From assembly GCA_002070505.1 (NCBI GenBank), contig MWDJ01000014.1:4371-68370 (forward strand): a stretch of 64,000 nucleotides of DNA, read 5' to 3'. The notes below the pieces were generated by a model. That model was given only the letters and a program-made list of their open reading frames with translations. It did no database searches and was not told where the DNA came from. Positions within the stretch are counted from its first letter, which is position 1. Every line of letters begins with the position of its first letter. The DNA comes from Bacteroidetes bacterium ADurb.Bin145 (lineage in GTDB: Bacteria > Bacteroidota > Bacteroidia > Bacteroidales > VadinHA17). Below are positions 49,550 to 59,823 of this stretch, piece by piece. The position numbers were made by a program, and so were the translations under genes.

Positions 49550-51604
49550 ATGAAAAGATATCTTTTACCGGTAGCTCTTCTGGCTCTCTTTTTCTCTGTT
49601 TCCTGTAAAAAAGAAACGAAAAGCGTCACCACCCCGGCAGTAGCAATCAACAATCAACTAGAAGAAAAGGCAGGAGGTGTAATGACACCTGAGATACTCT
49701 GGAAATTCAACCGGTTAGGCTCTGTAGCTCTCTCTCCCAACGGTTCCGAATTGCTTTATACTGTTACCGGGATCGATGCCCAGACTGAAGCAAGACTTAC
49801 CAATATCTTCAGGATACCATCATCAGGAGGTGATCCGGTCAGAATGACTCCTGAAGAAGGAAGCTCTCCCCAATGGTTCAATAATGGCCAGTCAGTTGCT
49901 TTCATTAAGGGTGGCACCCTTATGACAATGAATGCTGACGGATCAGGAATTACAGAAGTAAAAGGACTCGATAACTTTGAAGCCTGGAGAATATCTCCGG
50001 CAGGCAACAGTATCTTTTTTACAAGGAGAGTGAAACTGGATCAGACAGCAAACGAAAAATACAACCTGCCCAAAGCAAAAGTCAGGATCATAGACGATCT
50101 GATGTACCGCCACTGGAACTACTGGAGCGATTATTCCTACAGTCATATTTTTGTAGCATCATTTGACGGGAAAACCGTTTCCGGCGAAAAAGATATAATG
50201 CAAGGACAGAAATTCGAGTCACCTACAGCACCTTATTTCGATGAAAATGAGATATCCTGGAGCCCTGATGGGAAATATATCGCATATACAACTAAAAGAC
50301 TGAGAGGAAGAGATGATGCGAGAAGCACTAATACTGATATCTTCCTATATGAGATCTCATCGGGTAAAGAAATAAACATCAGTGAAGGCAACAGGGGATA
50401 CGACAAGTATCCTGTTTTCTCTCCCGATGGTTCCAAAATTGCATACCAGAGCATGGAAAGAAATGGTTATGAATCCGATCTCGACAGGCTCATGGTGTAT
50501 GATCTTGGAACACGTAAAAATACATGGGTTACAAAAGGCTGGGACTTCGATGTTGAGAACATAGTATGGGCTGATAATTCAAGGATCTATTTTACATGCG
50601 CCTACCTGGGAACTGCTCAGGTCTTCCGTACTGACATTACGGGAAAAGGTGTTGACAAGGTAACTGAAGGTATTCACGACCTGGGCCCGCTGAATCTGAG
50701 GTCAGGTGTGTTGATTTCCACTATTCAGTCTATGTCGATGGCGCCCGAGATTGCCCTTATCGATATGTCGACGGGCGAAATAAAGCAGATAAGTAATATC
50801 AATAAGGGAATATACGAATCGGTCAAAATGGGAAGGACTGAGGAGAGATATATAAAGACCAGGGACGGGAAGAATATGCAGATGTGGATAATCTACCCTC
50901 CTGATTTTGATGCATCAAAGAAATACCCGGCACTGCTCTTCTGCAAGGGCGGGCCACAGGGGCCTTTGAGTCAGAGCTGGTCGTACAGATGGAACTACCA
51001 GCTGATGGCAGCCAACGGATACATAGTCATTGCACCCAACCGGCGCGGCAGTTCAGGATTCGGTCAGGCCTGGAAAGAACAAATATCAGGTGATTATGGC
51101 GGGGCAAATATCCAGGATTACCTGGATGCCACTGATGCAATGGCCAGGGAGCCTTTTGTTGATAAGGAAAGACTTGCAGCCGTCGGCGCCAGCTATGGAG
51201 GTTCGTCGGTCTTCTACCTGGCTGGTATGCATGGCGGCCGTTTCAAGGCATTTATAGCTCACTGCGGAGTATATAACCTTATCAGCTGGTACGGATCAAC
51301 GGAAGAACTGTGGTATCCTGACTGGGATATTGAGGGCCCTTACTGGAACCTGCCGAAAAGCTATAAGTTTTCACCGCATCTGATGGCCGACAACTGGGAT
51401 ACTCCCATACTTATTATCACCGGGGCCAATGATTTCAGGATACCGTACACACAGAGCATGGAGGCATTCCAGAATGCACAGCTGCATGATATACCAAGCA
51501 AGCTCTTATTCTTTGAGGATGAAGGTCATTGGGTACTGAAACCTCAGAATTCATTGATCTGGCAGAAGGAGTTTTTCAGCTGGCTGGAAACCTATCTGCA
51601 ATAA
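49550..51604 (+). CDS. S9 family serine peptidase (prolyl oligopeptidase/dipeptidyl peptidase-like) with an N-terminal beta-propeller
   Basis: Lipoprotein-like signal (FFSVSC), PD40-like propeller repeats, and a GASYGG nucleophile motif with a downstream D and H (EDEGHW). Confidence 0.85.
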   Translation: MKRYLLPVALLALFFSVSCKKETKSVTTPAVAINNQLEEKAGGVMTPEILWKFNRLGSVALSPNGSELLYTVTGIDAQTEARLTNIFRIPSSGGDPVRMTPEEGSSPQWFNNGQSVAFIKGGTLMTMNADGSGITEVKGLDNFEAWRISPAGNSIFFTRRVKLDQTANEKYNLPKAKVRIIDDLMYRHWNYWSDYSYSHIFVASFDGKTVSGEKDIMQGQKFESPTAPYFDENEISWSPDGKYIAYTTKRLRGRDDARSTNTDIFLYEISSGKEINISEGNRGYDKYPVFSPDGSKIAYQSMERNGYESDLDRLMVYDLGTRKNTWVTKGWDFDVENIVWADNSRIYFTCAYLGTAQVFRTDITGKGVDKVTEGIHDLGPLNLRSGVLISTIQSMSMAPEIALIDMSTGEIKQISNINKGIYESVKMGRTEERYIKTRDGKNMQMWIIYPPDFDASKKYPALLFCKGGPQGPLSQSWSYRWNYQLMAANGYIVIAPNRRGSSGFGQAWKEQISGDYGGANIQDYLDATDAMAREPFVDKERLAAVGASYGGSSVFYLAGMHGGRFKAFIAHCGVYNLISWYGSTEELWYPDWDIEGPYWNLPKSYKFSPHLMADNWDTPILIITGANDFRIPYTQSMEAFQNAQLHDIPSKLLFFEDEGHWVLKPQNSLIWQKEFFSWLETYLQ

Positions 51605-52522
51605 CTTAAGGACTTCTGCTACTTTCTCATCTTTTGGAAGACGTTCATCTATCCAATGGATAACTGTACCTTTCCGCTCCATTCCCCTAAACCAGGTCAT
51701 CTGTCGTTTTGCAAACTGATGAATGGCTGTTTCCAGCTCACTGACCATTGTTTCGTAACTTATTACTCCGGTAAGATATAATGTAATGTATTTGTATTCA
51801 AGCCCATAGTATATCAAAGTTTCTTTATTCACACCACTGTCCAGCAAGCCTCTGACTTCATCAACCATTCCGGTTCTCAAACGCTCCAGAAGTCTTTCAC
51901 TTATACGTTTTCGTCTGACCTCCCTGTCAACCATAATGCCTATGACAAGAGGCTTCAGTGGAGGGAATTTTTTTTGCTTCCGTACTGACACATGGTTGAA
52001 ATGCTCAATTTCAATAGCCCTGATAACCCGTTTTTTGGTATCAATATCTGTTACATTATGAAGTTTCTTATATGTCGACAGAATGTTAATAAGCTCTTCC
52101 ATCGACTTTTTTTCAAGCCTTGCCCTGAGACCGCTGTCAGGAGGCACCTCAAACATCTCGTAACCCTTTACAATACTGTCGATGTACATTCCGGACCCTC
52201 CGCACACAACCGGGAAGATGTCCTTTTCCTTAAGCTTCCTGTATATCTCAATAAAATCGCGCTGATACTCAAACAGGTTATACTTATATCCAGGGTCAGC
52301 TATATCGATAAGATGACAAGGGATCCTCCGGCCGGAAATAAAATATTCGTCATAATCCTTGCCCGTCCCCAGATCCATCCCGCGATACACCTGCCTTGAA
52401 TCAGCACTAATGATCTCGCCATCCAGAAGGTCGGCAAGAGCTACTGCCAGTGATGTCTTTCCGGAAGCTGTTGGTCCGGTCACAACCAGAAGATCATATG
52501 AGGATATTGATTTTTCTGACAT
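51551..52522 (-). CDS. miaA: tRNA dimethylallyltransferase MiaA
   Basis: GPTASGKTSLAV P-loop, ISADSRQVYRGMDLGTGK, and RQMTWFR near the C-terminus. Confidence 0.9.
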   Translation of the reverse strand: MSEKSISSYDLLVVTGPTASGKTSLAVALADLLDGEIISADSRQVYRGMDLGTGKDYDEYFISGRRIPCHLIDIADPGYKYNLFEYQRDFIEIYRKLKEKDIFPVVCGGSGMYIDSIVKGYEMFEVPPDSGLRARLEKKSMEELINILSTYKKLHNVTDIDTKKRVIRAIEIEHFNHVSVRKQKKFPPLKPLVIGIMVDREVRRKRISERLLERLRTGMVDEVRGLLDSGVNKETLIYYGLEYKYITLYLTGVISYETMVSELETAIHQFAKRQMTWFRGMERKGTVIHWIDERLPKDEKVAEVLKLLQIGFQPAEKLLLPDQ

Positions 52523-52606
52523 AACCGCTTTAAAAGACGGCTGAACGGCAATTTACCATAAAATTATTAATTTTACCGGTCTTTGAATCTGCTTTTTTTA
52601 AAACCT

Positions 52607-53065
52607 ATGAAAGGTGGTTCCAGTGATATTGTGATAAGAAACAAAAAAGCTTCTCATGATTATGAGTTCCTCGACAAGTTTATTGCTGGGATACAACTAA
52701 GAGGAACTGAAATAAAATCCATCAGGGAAGGCAAAGCTGCACTAACAGATTCATACTGTTTTTTCAGTGAAGGGGAACTGTTTGTCAAAGGCATGCACAT
52801 TGCAGAATACTGGTGGGGCAATCTGAATAACCACGACCCTCTGAGGGAAAGAAAACTTCTTCTTACAAAACGTGAACTTCGTAAACTTGACAGGAAAGTA
52901 AAGGAAACCGGACTGACTATCATAGTATTGAAGGTTTTTGTGAATGAACGCGGCCTTGCAAAAGCAGAAATTGCATTAGCAAAAGGCAAGAAGGAATATG
53001 ATAAACGGCAAACCCTCCGGAAGAAAGACACCGAAAGGGAAATGGCCCGCCACAGAAAGAAATAA
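52607..53065 (+). CDS. smpB: SsrA-binding protein SmpB
   Basis: NKKASHDYEF..K..AGI.L.GTEIKS motif. The ATG at 52607 is preferred over the TTG at 52583. Confidence 0.9.
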   Translation: MKGGSSDIVIRNKKASHDYEFLDKFIAGIQLRGTEIKSIREGKAALTDSYCFFSEGELFVKGMHIAEYWWGNLNNHDPLRERKLLLTKRELRKLDRKVKETGLTIIVLKVFVNERGLAKAEIALAKGKKEYDKRQTLRKKDTEREMARHRKK

Positions 53066-53072
53066 ACTGCGA

Positions 53073-53792
53073 TCAGAAATTCGGGCTCAGGAGGTAACGC
53101 GAATAGAACTCAACAATACGTTCTACAGCTTCATCAGATGTATCAACTATTGTAAACAGATCTAGATCACCCGGAGAAATTGTATGCTCTTCGGCCAGCA
53201 TTTCCTCCTTTATCCAGTCAAGAAGTCCACTCCAGTATTTCTTGCCGACAAGAATTATCGGGAATTTTCCTATTTTCCTTGTCTGGATCAGTGTTATAGC
53301 TTCAAACAGCTCGTCGAAAGTTCCGAAACCACCTGGTAAAACAATAAAACCCTGGGCATATTTCATGAACATAACCTTTCTGACAAAGAAATGGTCAAAA
53401 GTAATGAGCTTATCAGCATCGATATACGGATTCGGTCTCTGTTCAAAAGGCAGGTCAATATTTATTCCGACAGATTTACCGTTGCCCTTCCTTGCTCCCT
53501 TGTTCGCTGCTTCCATTATTCCGGGCCCTCCGCCTGTTATCACTCCGTATCCCTTCTGGGTGAGCTTGAAAGCAATATCCTCAGCCAGGCGATAATACTT
53601 ATCATTATGATGAGTACGTGCAGAACCAAATATCGAAACACACGGACCTATACGGGCAAGTTTTTCAAAACCTTCAACAAGTTCGGAAATTATTTTAAAT
53701 ACTCTCCATGAATCGGTTGTATGGATCTCATGCCATGTCTTCTCTTTAAAAGCATCAACTATCAGATCAGCAGGTTTATCGTGTTTGCCCAT
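53073..53792 (-). CDS. LOG family (TIGR00730) nucleotide phosphoribohydrolase
   Basis: GGGPGIMEA and PGGFGTFDELFE signature motifs. Confidence 0.85.
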   Translation of the reverse strand: MGKHDKPADLIVDAFKEKTWHEIHTTDSWRVFKIISELVEGFEKLARIGPCVSIFGSARTHHNDKYYRLAEDIAFKLTQKGYGVITGGGPGIMEAANKGARKGNGKSVGINIDLPFEQRPNPYIDADKLITFDHFFVRKVMFMKYAQGFIVLPGGFGTFDELFEAITLIQTRKIGKFPIILVGKKYWSGLLDWIKEEMLAEEHTISPGDLDLFTIVDTSDEAVERIVEFYSRYLLSPNF

Positions 53793-53829
53793 AACGAATT
53801 GGTTTTAAGTCTCAAATATAATTATTTTC

Positions 53830-56649
53830 TTATGCCTGCAATTCAGCTTTAAGGAATAATCCGGTATAAGTGTCTTTACGTTCTGCCAGTTCCTCGGGCA
53901 ATCCGGCAAAAACAATATTACCTCCTTCCCTGCCCCCTTCCTTACCAAGGTCGACGATATAATCAGCCATTTTAATGACATCCATATTATGCTCGATGAC
54001 GATGACAGTATTTCCTCTGTCGACAAGCTTGTTCAAAACATCAAGCAGTACGCGTACATCTTCAAAATGAAGTCCGGTCGTCGGCTCATCAAGAATATAG
54101 AGTGTCTTGCCTGTATCACGTCGTGCAAGCTCTGTCGCAAGCTTAACTCTCTGTGCTTCTCCGCCCGAGAGAGTCGTTGATTGCTGTCCAAGCCTGATAT
54201 AGCCAAGTCCCACATCCTTAAGGGTTTTTATCTTATGATGAATTGAAGGAATGTTCTCGAAGAAATCGACCGCAATATTGACTGTCATATCGAGTACATC
54301 GCTGATCGACTTGCCTTTGAATTTCACTTCAAGTGTTTCCCGGTTGTATCTTTTCCCGTTGCATTCCGGACAATTCACATATACATCAGGCAGAAAATTC
54401 ATCTCAATTGTTTTTACTCCTGCCCCTTCGCATCCTTCGCATCTCCCACCCTTTACGTTGAATGAGAATCTGCCGGCCGAGAATCCTCTTATTTTGGCTT
54501 CGGTAGTCTGCTCAAAAAGTTTCCTTATGTCAGTGAATACGCCGGTATAAGTTGCCGGATTTGACCTGGGTGTCTTTCCTATTGGTGACTGGTCGACTTC
54601 GACGACCTTATCGATATTTTCAATTCCGACTATCTCCCTGTAAGGAAGGGGTGTCTTGCCTGAATGATAAAACCGCCTGGCCAGTGCCGGATGCAATGTC
54701 TGATTGATCAGTGATGATTTGCCACTGCCTGAAACTCCGGTAATGCATATGAGTGTTCCAAGCGGCAGCAACAGATCAACATTGTTCAGGTTATGCCCTG
54801 TCGCCCCTTTCAGGGAAAGGAATTTACCGTTTCCTTTTCTGCGCTGAGAAGGGATATTGAATACTTTTTTTCTGTTAAGGTATGCAGATGTGAGAGTATC
54901 GAGTTTCATGAATTCCTGAGGAGAGCCCTGTGCCACAACGAGTCCTCCATGGACACCTGCTCCGGGTCCCATATCGACAATATGATCAGCCGACATGATC
55001 ATCTCCTTATCATGTTCAACAACTATTATTGAATTACCTGAATCGCGCAGTTTCTTCAATGCACCGATAAGACGGCGGTTGTCTCTCTGATGAAGTCCGA
55101 TGCTTGGTTCATCAAGGATATAAAGCACATTTACGAGTTTTGATCCTATTTGTGTCGCCAACCTTATACGCTGACTCTCACCTCCCGACAGGGTTCTTGC
55201 GCCCCTGTTCAGTGAGAGGTAATCAAGCCCTACTTCCAGAAGGAACCCCAGTCTTGACCTTATCTCCTTCAGGATCTCTGAAGCTATCTGATTCTGCCTC
55301 GGAGTCATATCTTTCTCAATATTTCCGAGAAATGTGGTTAGTTCCCTTATATCCATCGAAGACAGCTCCCCGATATTCCTGCCTGCAATCCTGAACCACA
55401 AAGATTCTTTTTTTAATCGTGTCCCGTTGCATTCCGGACAGACATCATATTGAACATACTGATCCCGCAGCTTGCCCCCGTTTTTCTTTCCATTCATTGC
55501 TTCGATGTTCCCGACAAAATTTACAACTCCTTCAAATGTCAGGAAGTAATTTGATGTCATCCCGAGGGGTGTATTTGATAATTTAAGTACCTCATCAGAG
55601 CCATATAGCACTTTATTAAGAGCATCAGGAGGTATATCTTTTATTGGTGTATCAAGTGTAAATCCATTCTTTTCAGCAATAGCTTCGATCTGCCAGAATA
55701 TCCAGGCATTCCTGTATTTCCCGAGAGGTTCAATCCCTCCTTTTCTGATGCTGAGATCAGGATCCGGGATCAGTTTCTTCTCGTTTATATTTGAAATTTC
55801 ACCGAGACCGTTGCAGTGAGGGCAGGCTCCCTGTGGTGAATTGAACGAAAAAGTATGAGGAGCAGGTTCATTATATGACAATCCGGTAACAGGGCACATT
55901 AGATGACGGCTGAAGTATCTTGTTTCGTTTGTTTCTGCATCAAGGATCATCATCACGCCGTCGCCCTGATCGAGTGACATCCTTACAGCGTCACCAAGCC
56001 TTTTATCAGTCACCTCGCCTGTCCGGAACTTATCAATTATCAGTTCAATGAAATGGCTCTTGTATCTGTCGAGCTTCAAACCCGAAACAAGTTGTTTTAT
56101 TTCATTATCCACCCGTACTGAGAGGAAACCTTTTCTCCTTAACTGCTCGAAAAGCTCCTTATAATGACCTTTACGTCCTTTTACAACAGGTGCGAGGAAG
56201 TAGACTTTCTTTCCGGCGAAACGTTCTTTAATCAGATCAATTATCTGATCGTCGGTGTATTTAACCATTTTCTCGCCCGACTCATATGAATATGCATCGG
56301 CAGCCCTTGCATAGAGCAACCTGAGAAAGTCGTAGATCTCAGTTATCGTACCGACTGTTGAACGGGGATTCTTGTTTGTGCTCTTCTGTTCGATTGAAAT
56401 GACAGGACTTAATCCAGTTATCTTATCAACGTCAGGCCGTTCCATTCCGCCAAGGAACTGGCGGGCATACGCTGAGAGAGTTTCCATATATCTTCTCTGT
56501 CCTTCCGCATAGATCGTATCAAAAGCAAGGGAAGACTTTCCGCTCCCGCTCAATCCTGTAATTACGACAAGCTTATTCCGGGGGATAGTAACATCAATAT
56601 CCTTTAAATTATGTACCCTGGTTCCAAGTACCTGAATCTGTTCACTCAT
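53830..56649 (-). CDS. uvrA: Excinuclease ABC subunit UvrA
   Basis: 939 aa. Two ABC modules (GLSGSGKSSLAFDT, GVSGSGKSSLI), zinc-finger Cys clusters (CPHCNG, CPECNG, CEGCEG...CPECNG) and LSGGE signatures. Confidence 0.97.
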   Translation of the reverse strand: MSEQIQVLGTRVHNLKDIDVTIPRNKLVVITGLSGSGKSSLAFDTIYAEGQRRYMETLSAYARQFLGGMERPDVDKITGLSPVISIEQKSTNKNPRSTVGTITEIYDFLRLLYARAADAYSYESGEKMVKYTDDQIIDLIKERFAGKKVYFLAPVVKGRKGHYKELFEQLRRKGFLSVRVDNEIKQLVSGLKLDRYKSHFIELIIDKFRTGEVTDKRLGDAVRMSLDQGDGVMMILDAETNETRYFSRHLMCPVTGLSYNEPAPHTFSFNSPQGACPHCNGLGEISNINEKKLIPDPDLSIRKGGIEPLGKYRNAWIFWQIEAIAEKNGFTLDTPIKDIPPDALNKVLYGSDEVLKLSNTPLGMTSNYFLTFEGVVNFVGNIEAMNGKKNGGKLRDQYVQYDVCPECNGTRLKKESLWFRIAGRNIGELSSMDIRELTTFLGNIEKDMTPRQNQIASEILKEIRSRLGFLLEVGLDYLSLNRGARTLSGGESQRIRLATQIGSKLVNVLYILDEPSIGLHQRDNRRLIGALKKLRDSGNSIIVVEHDKEMIMSADHIVDMGPGAGVHGGLVVAQGSPQEFMKLDTLTSAYLNRKKVFNIPSQRRKGNGKFLSLKGATGHNLNNVDLLLPLGTLICITGVSGSGKSSLINQTLHPALARRFYHSGKTPLPYREIVGIENIDKVVEVDQSPIGKTPRSNPATYTGVFTDIRKLFEQTTEAKIRGFSAGRFSFNVKGGRCEGCEGAGVKTIEMNFLPDVYVNCPECNGKRYNRETLEVKFKGKSISDVLDMTVNIAVDFFENIPSIHHKIKTLKDVGLGYIRLGQQSTTLSGGEAQRVKLATELARRDTGKTLYILDEPTTGLHFEDVRVLLDVLNKLVDRGNTVIVIEHNMDVIKMADYIVDLGKEGGREGGNIVFAGLPEELAERKDTYTGLFLKAELQA

Positions 56650-56670
56650 TTTGCCAAACCCTGCAGGTAA

Positions 56671-57630
56671 TCAGTATGCTTCAGATTGCTCTATTTTCCT
56701 CATCCCGTCAGCCGGGATCTTTATTATATATTTCTTATTCTGGCGGTTACTCAGATAAGGTTTTCTGAGCCAGGGATTCAGGAATTTGAGCAGCTTATAA
56801 TTTGTTCCAAATTTCTGTGCAAACTGAGAGAAATCGGTTACAGCCGTATCAACTTCTACCTCAAAGTATTTTAGCTCGGGATAGAGTTCATCGCTCTTCA
56901 GTGTGAATCCGTATTCTCCCGGGTCAGTTATAATAAGCTTATAGGCAAGAGCCCTGAAAATATACCTGGCAGTCTCTTCAGCCAGTAAAAGATCATAGTA
57001 ATTGTTCTGCTTCTGGATCATGATCTGCTCGTTTAGAGCGGCTCTGCCTCCGTTATATGAAGCAGCGGCGAGAGTCCAGTTACCATATTTCTCATATGAT
57101 TTTCTGAAATAGTCACAGGCAAACTTTGTCGATCTTTCAAGACTGTACCTTTCATCAACTTCCTCATTGATCTCCATACCTTCCTCCCTGCCGGTAGCCT
57201 TCATTATCTGCCAGAAACCGGTAGCGCCTGCCGGCGATATCATATTGCTGTATTCACTTTCTGCAGCTGCGAGGTATTTAAAATCATCAGGGATATTATT
57301 CTCAGCAAGGATCTTTTCAATTACAGGGAGGTACCTGTTAGCCCTTTTAATAATGAGTATCGTTGAAGAATGCCTGTAAGCGCTAGTAAGCAGCTCACGA
57401 TCAAGACTTTCCCTTGTATCAAAATTATCCAGCGGCACCTCTTCACCTGCAAAAGTCAATTTCTCAGGAAGCTTATAGGGCATGTTTGAACGGATAGTAT
57501 CTTTTTCAGCAATTTCTTCCGTTCCTGGTGCACTGAATCCCTTTGATCCTCCTGCAATTGACAGAATTATTATTATAATGCTTACCAGGATAACCGATGC
57601 CAGCAATGTTCTCCTGAATGGTTGTGTCAT
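56671..57630 (-). CDS. Lytic transglycosylase (SLT domain), membrane anchored
   Basis: AAESEYSNMISPAGATGFWQIM contains the catalytic Glu context of SLT/MltD-like enzymes, followed by AAASYNGG. Confidence 0.8.
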   Translation of the reverse strand: MTQPFRRTLLASVILVSIIIIILSIAGGSKGFSAPGTEEIAEKDTIRSNMPYKLPEKLTFAGEEVPLDNFDTRESLDRELLTSAYRHSSTILIIKRANRYLPVIEKILAENNIPDDFKYLAAAESEYSNMISPAGATGFWQIMKATGREEGMEINEEVDERYSLERSTKFACDYFRKSYEKYGNWTLAAASYNGGRAALNEQIMIQKQNNYYDLLLAEETARYIFRALAYKLIITDPGEYGFTLKSDELYPELKYFEVEVDTAVTDFSQFAQKFGTNYKLLKFLNPWLRKPYLSNRQNKKYIIKIPADGMRKIEQSEAY

Positions 57631-57740
57631 TGTGAATACGGGTAAATAGAAACAAAGTGCAAAGGTAATACATTTACATCTTATAAATTACTTAAGGTAT
57701 GTCAAAAACCAATGTAAGGAAAAAATAGTATCTGAAAGGA

Positions 57741-59060
57741 TCAGAACCTGTATGTCAGGCCTGAGAACAGGCCGAATGAATAAGGATGTATTTTGATCCC
57801 CGAAACGGGGCTGAAAGGATTGATATAGTATCTCAAAGTCGGTTCAAGGTTAAGTGAAAAGTTGCCTGACAGGTTGTACTCCATACCCATTCCCACCGAG
57901 CTGCTGAATGATATCATATTAAGGCCGTCGGTTTTGCCTACTTCATATTTCTGGCCGTCGATCGATGCATATACAGAATTCGCCACAAGGACATTAGAGG
58001 ATATCCCTCCTATTATGTTTACATCGATGCTTTTATCTATAACCTTGTATCTCAATATGACCGGCAGTTCAAGATAGCCGAAATTCTGACGGAGCGAATT
58101 ATCAAGGTACTTAAGGTTAGCTTTTGCAGGATCAAAAATATCATTTGTATACATTGTGATGATCCTGTTGCCTGTGGCATTATCTCTAAGAAAGACGTCA
58201 GGATTGTTTGTATAGACCATTCCGTTAGCTGTCCTGATTGCAAAATTGCGTCCGCCTTTTGAATAATCGTACTGGCTGAATCCGCCGAATGCTGAGATAC
58301 CTGGCAGTTCCTGCCCAATTGATGAGTAATAAAGACCTGATTGTACGCTGAATCTCTTATTCACCTTATAAGATACAGCCAAACCGCCTGTGTATGCAAA
58401 GGCAGGCTGCTGCCCCGATGTCATTGAAGATGCTATATCGGCATTTCCGGAGACGATCCGTGAATAATATGCCGGTGAGGCAAGTGCAGCTACAGACCAT
58501 CTTGGTACAGCCGGTCTCACAGGATTTTCGTTTACTGCCAGTTCAGTATTATCAGTTAAATCGAAAGACCGGATACGGGTTTCATTGAAAACAGGTATTC
58601 TCTCCCGCGGCCTGTAATATCCCTCGCCCGTATTCACGTCTGATAGTGTCGGATAGAGGATATTTTCGATCGATGTTATTCCGGCATCTGAAACAACAGT
58701 GTTTCTCATCTCAGTGGGTCGTGCATCAGCAATTGCAATCAGCGGGATACCGGCTGCAGTCTGATCTGCCCTGTTCACCTCCGTGGCGGGAGTTATTACC
58801 CCGGGTAATGTTGTCAGTTGGCCGGTTGCAACAGCATTGTTTTCAGAAAGTGATGAGATCTGCAAGCCATATCTGTATGCAATGACACTGACGGACAGCA
58901 ATACTGCTATTGTTGCAGCCACTCTCAGTATTATTACGAACGGCCTTCGTCTGCTGATGATAGGACGCAGGTTGGTCCATGTTTCTTTCGGCAGGAGAAC
59001 CTCGTAGTCTTTTAGCCCGTTCCTGAAAAGCAGATCAATATTTGCCCCCTGCTTATCCAT
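57741..59060 (-). CDS. Membrane protein partnered with the ECF sigma factor. N-terminal cytoplasmic segment, one TM helix, and a C-terminal beta-barrel-like domain.
   Basis: Start overlaps the sigma gene stop by 8 nt. TM helix FVIILRVAATIAVLLSVSVIAY. Alternating-hydrophobic C-terminal half ending in ...GLTYRF, an OMP-like terminal Phe. Confidence 0.55.
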   Translation of the reverse strand: MDKQGANIDLLFRNGLKDYEVLLPKETWTNLRPIISRRRPFVIILRVAATIAVLLSVSVIAYRYGLQISSLSENNAVATGQLTTLPGVITPATEVNRADQTAAGIPLIAIADARPTEMRNTVVSDAGITSIENILYPTLSDVNTGEGYYRPRERIPVFNETRIRSFDLTDNTELAVNENPVRPAVPRWSVAALASPAYYSRIVSGNADIASSMTSGQQPAFAYTGGLAVSYKVNKRFSVQSGLYYSSIGQELPGISAFGGFSQYDYSKGGRNFAIRTANGMVYTNNPDVFLRDNATGNRIITMYTNDIFDPAKANLKYLDNSLRQNFGYLELPVILRYKVIDKSIDVNIIGGISSNVLVANSVYASIDGQKYEVGKTDGLNMISFSSSVGMGMEYNLSGNFSLNLEPTLRYYINPFSPVSGIKIHPYSFGLFSGLTYRF

Positions 59061-59613
59061 TTGATATTTTCTTTTTCAACCCCGTATATGATCCAACTCT
59101 CCTCTGGAGTATTATCCTTGCACGTGCCAGGTTCGATTTTGATGTTCCTTCAGATATATTGACCATCTGGCTGATCTCCTTATGGGAGTATCCTTCGATG
59201 GCAAACAGGTTAAATACCATCCTGTATTTAGGCGGCAGTTCCCTTATAATCTCAAGAAGATCGCCCGCCTCAAGCCCTGCATAATCTTCATTATCGGGTT
59301 CCGCATCAGGTTCCGGTATCGTCTCTATATCGTCAACCCTGTAAAGATTATGCTTGCTCCTGTATTTCTCAAGGGCGGTATTAACCATTATCTTTCGTAT
59401 CCATCCTTCAAAAGAACCTTCATGCTTGTAATGACAAAGGTTTTCAAATATCTTAATGAATCCTTCCTGAAGGATATCACGTGCTTCCTCATCATTACCC
59501 GAATATTGAAGGCATACAGCATATAATTTTGCTGCATGGCGACGATAAAGGATCTCCTGATCCTTCCTGTTACCTTTAAGACAACCGCTTATTATATTTT
59601 TAATATCGGCCAA
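59053..59613 (-). CDS. ECF-type RNA polymerase sigma-70 factor
   Basis: Region 2 (ILQEGFIKIFENL..Y....SFEGWIRKIMVNTALEKYR) and region 4 (ELPPKYRMVFNLFAIEGYSHKEISQMVNISEGTSKSNLARAR). The annotated start is a TTG. Confidence 0.85.
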   Translation of the reverse strand: MADIKNIISGCLKGNRKDQEILYRRHAAKLYAVCLQYSGNDEEARDILQEGFIKIFENLCHYKHEGSFEGWIRKIMVNTALEKYRSKHNLYRVDDIETIPEPDAEPDNEDYAGLEAGDLLEIIRELPPKYRMVFNLFAIEGYSHKEISQMVNISEGTSKSNLARARIILQRRVGSYTGLKKKISNG

Positions 59614-59719
59614 GGATCAAACCTCTATAAAAATATAAATATACAAACAATTTGTCTTAAATCCTACAACATTGCTATAAGATTGATGTAAAAATGCCGG
59701 AAAAGGTTGCTTTATGAAA

Positions 59720-59823
59720 GGCGTTACGGCATTATGGCGTTACGGCATTACGGCATTACGGCGGTATGGTATTAGGGCGTTACTGCCTTAAAGCCTTAAA
59801 GCCCTAAAGCCTTAACGCCTTAA
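59720..59823. repeat. 8-nt-period microsatellite, about 13 units in two phases
   Basis: The sequence reads ggcgttac ggcattat ggcgttac ggcattac ggcattac ggcggtat ggtattag ggcgttac, then tgccttaa agccttaa agccctaa agccttaa cgccttaa. The last unit overlaps the lpd stop codon. Confidence 0.85.

Noticed and set aside
51551-51604. 54-bp overlap of the convergent 3' ends of the S9 peptidase and miaA.
   Set aside because: Both reading frames are well supported up to their stops. Convergent overlaps of this size occur occasionally, and I see no further signal beyond possible mutual termination or antisense effects.
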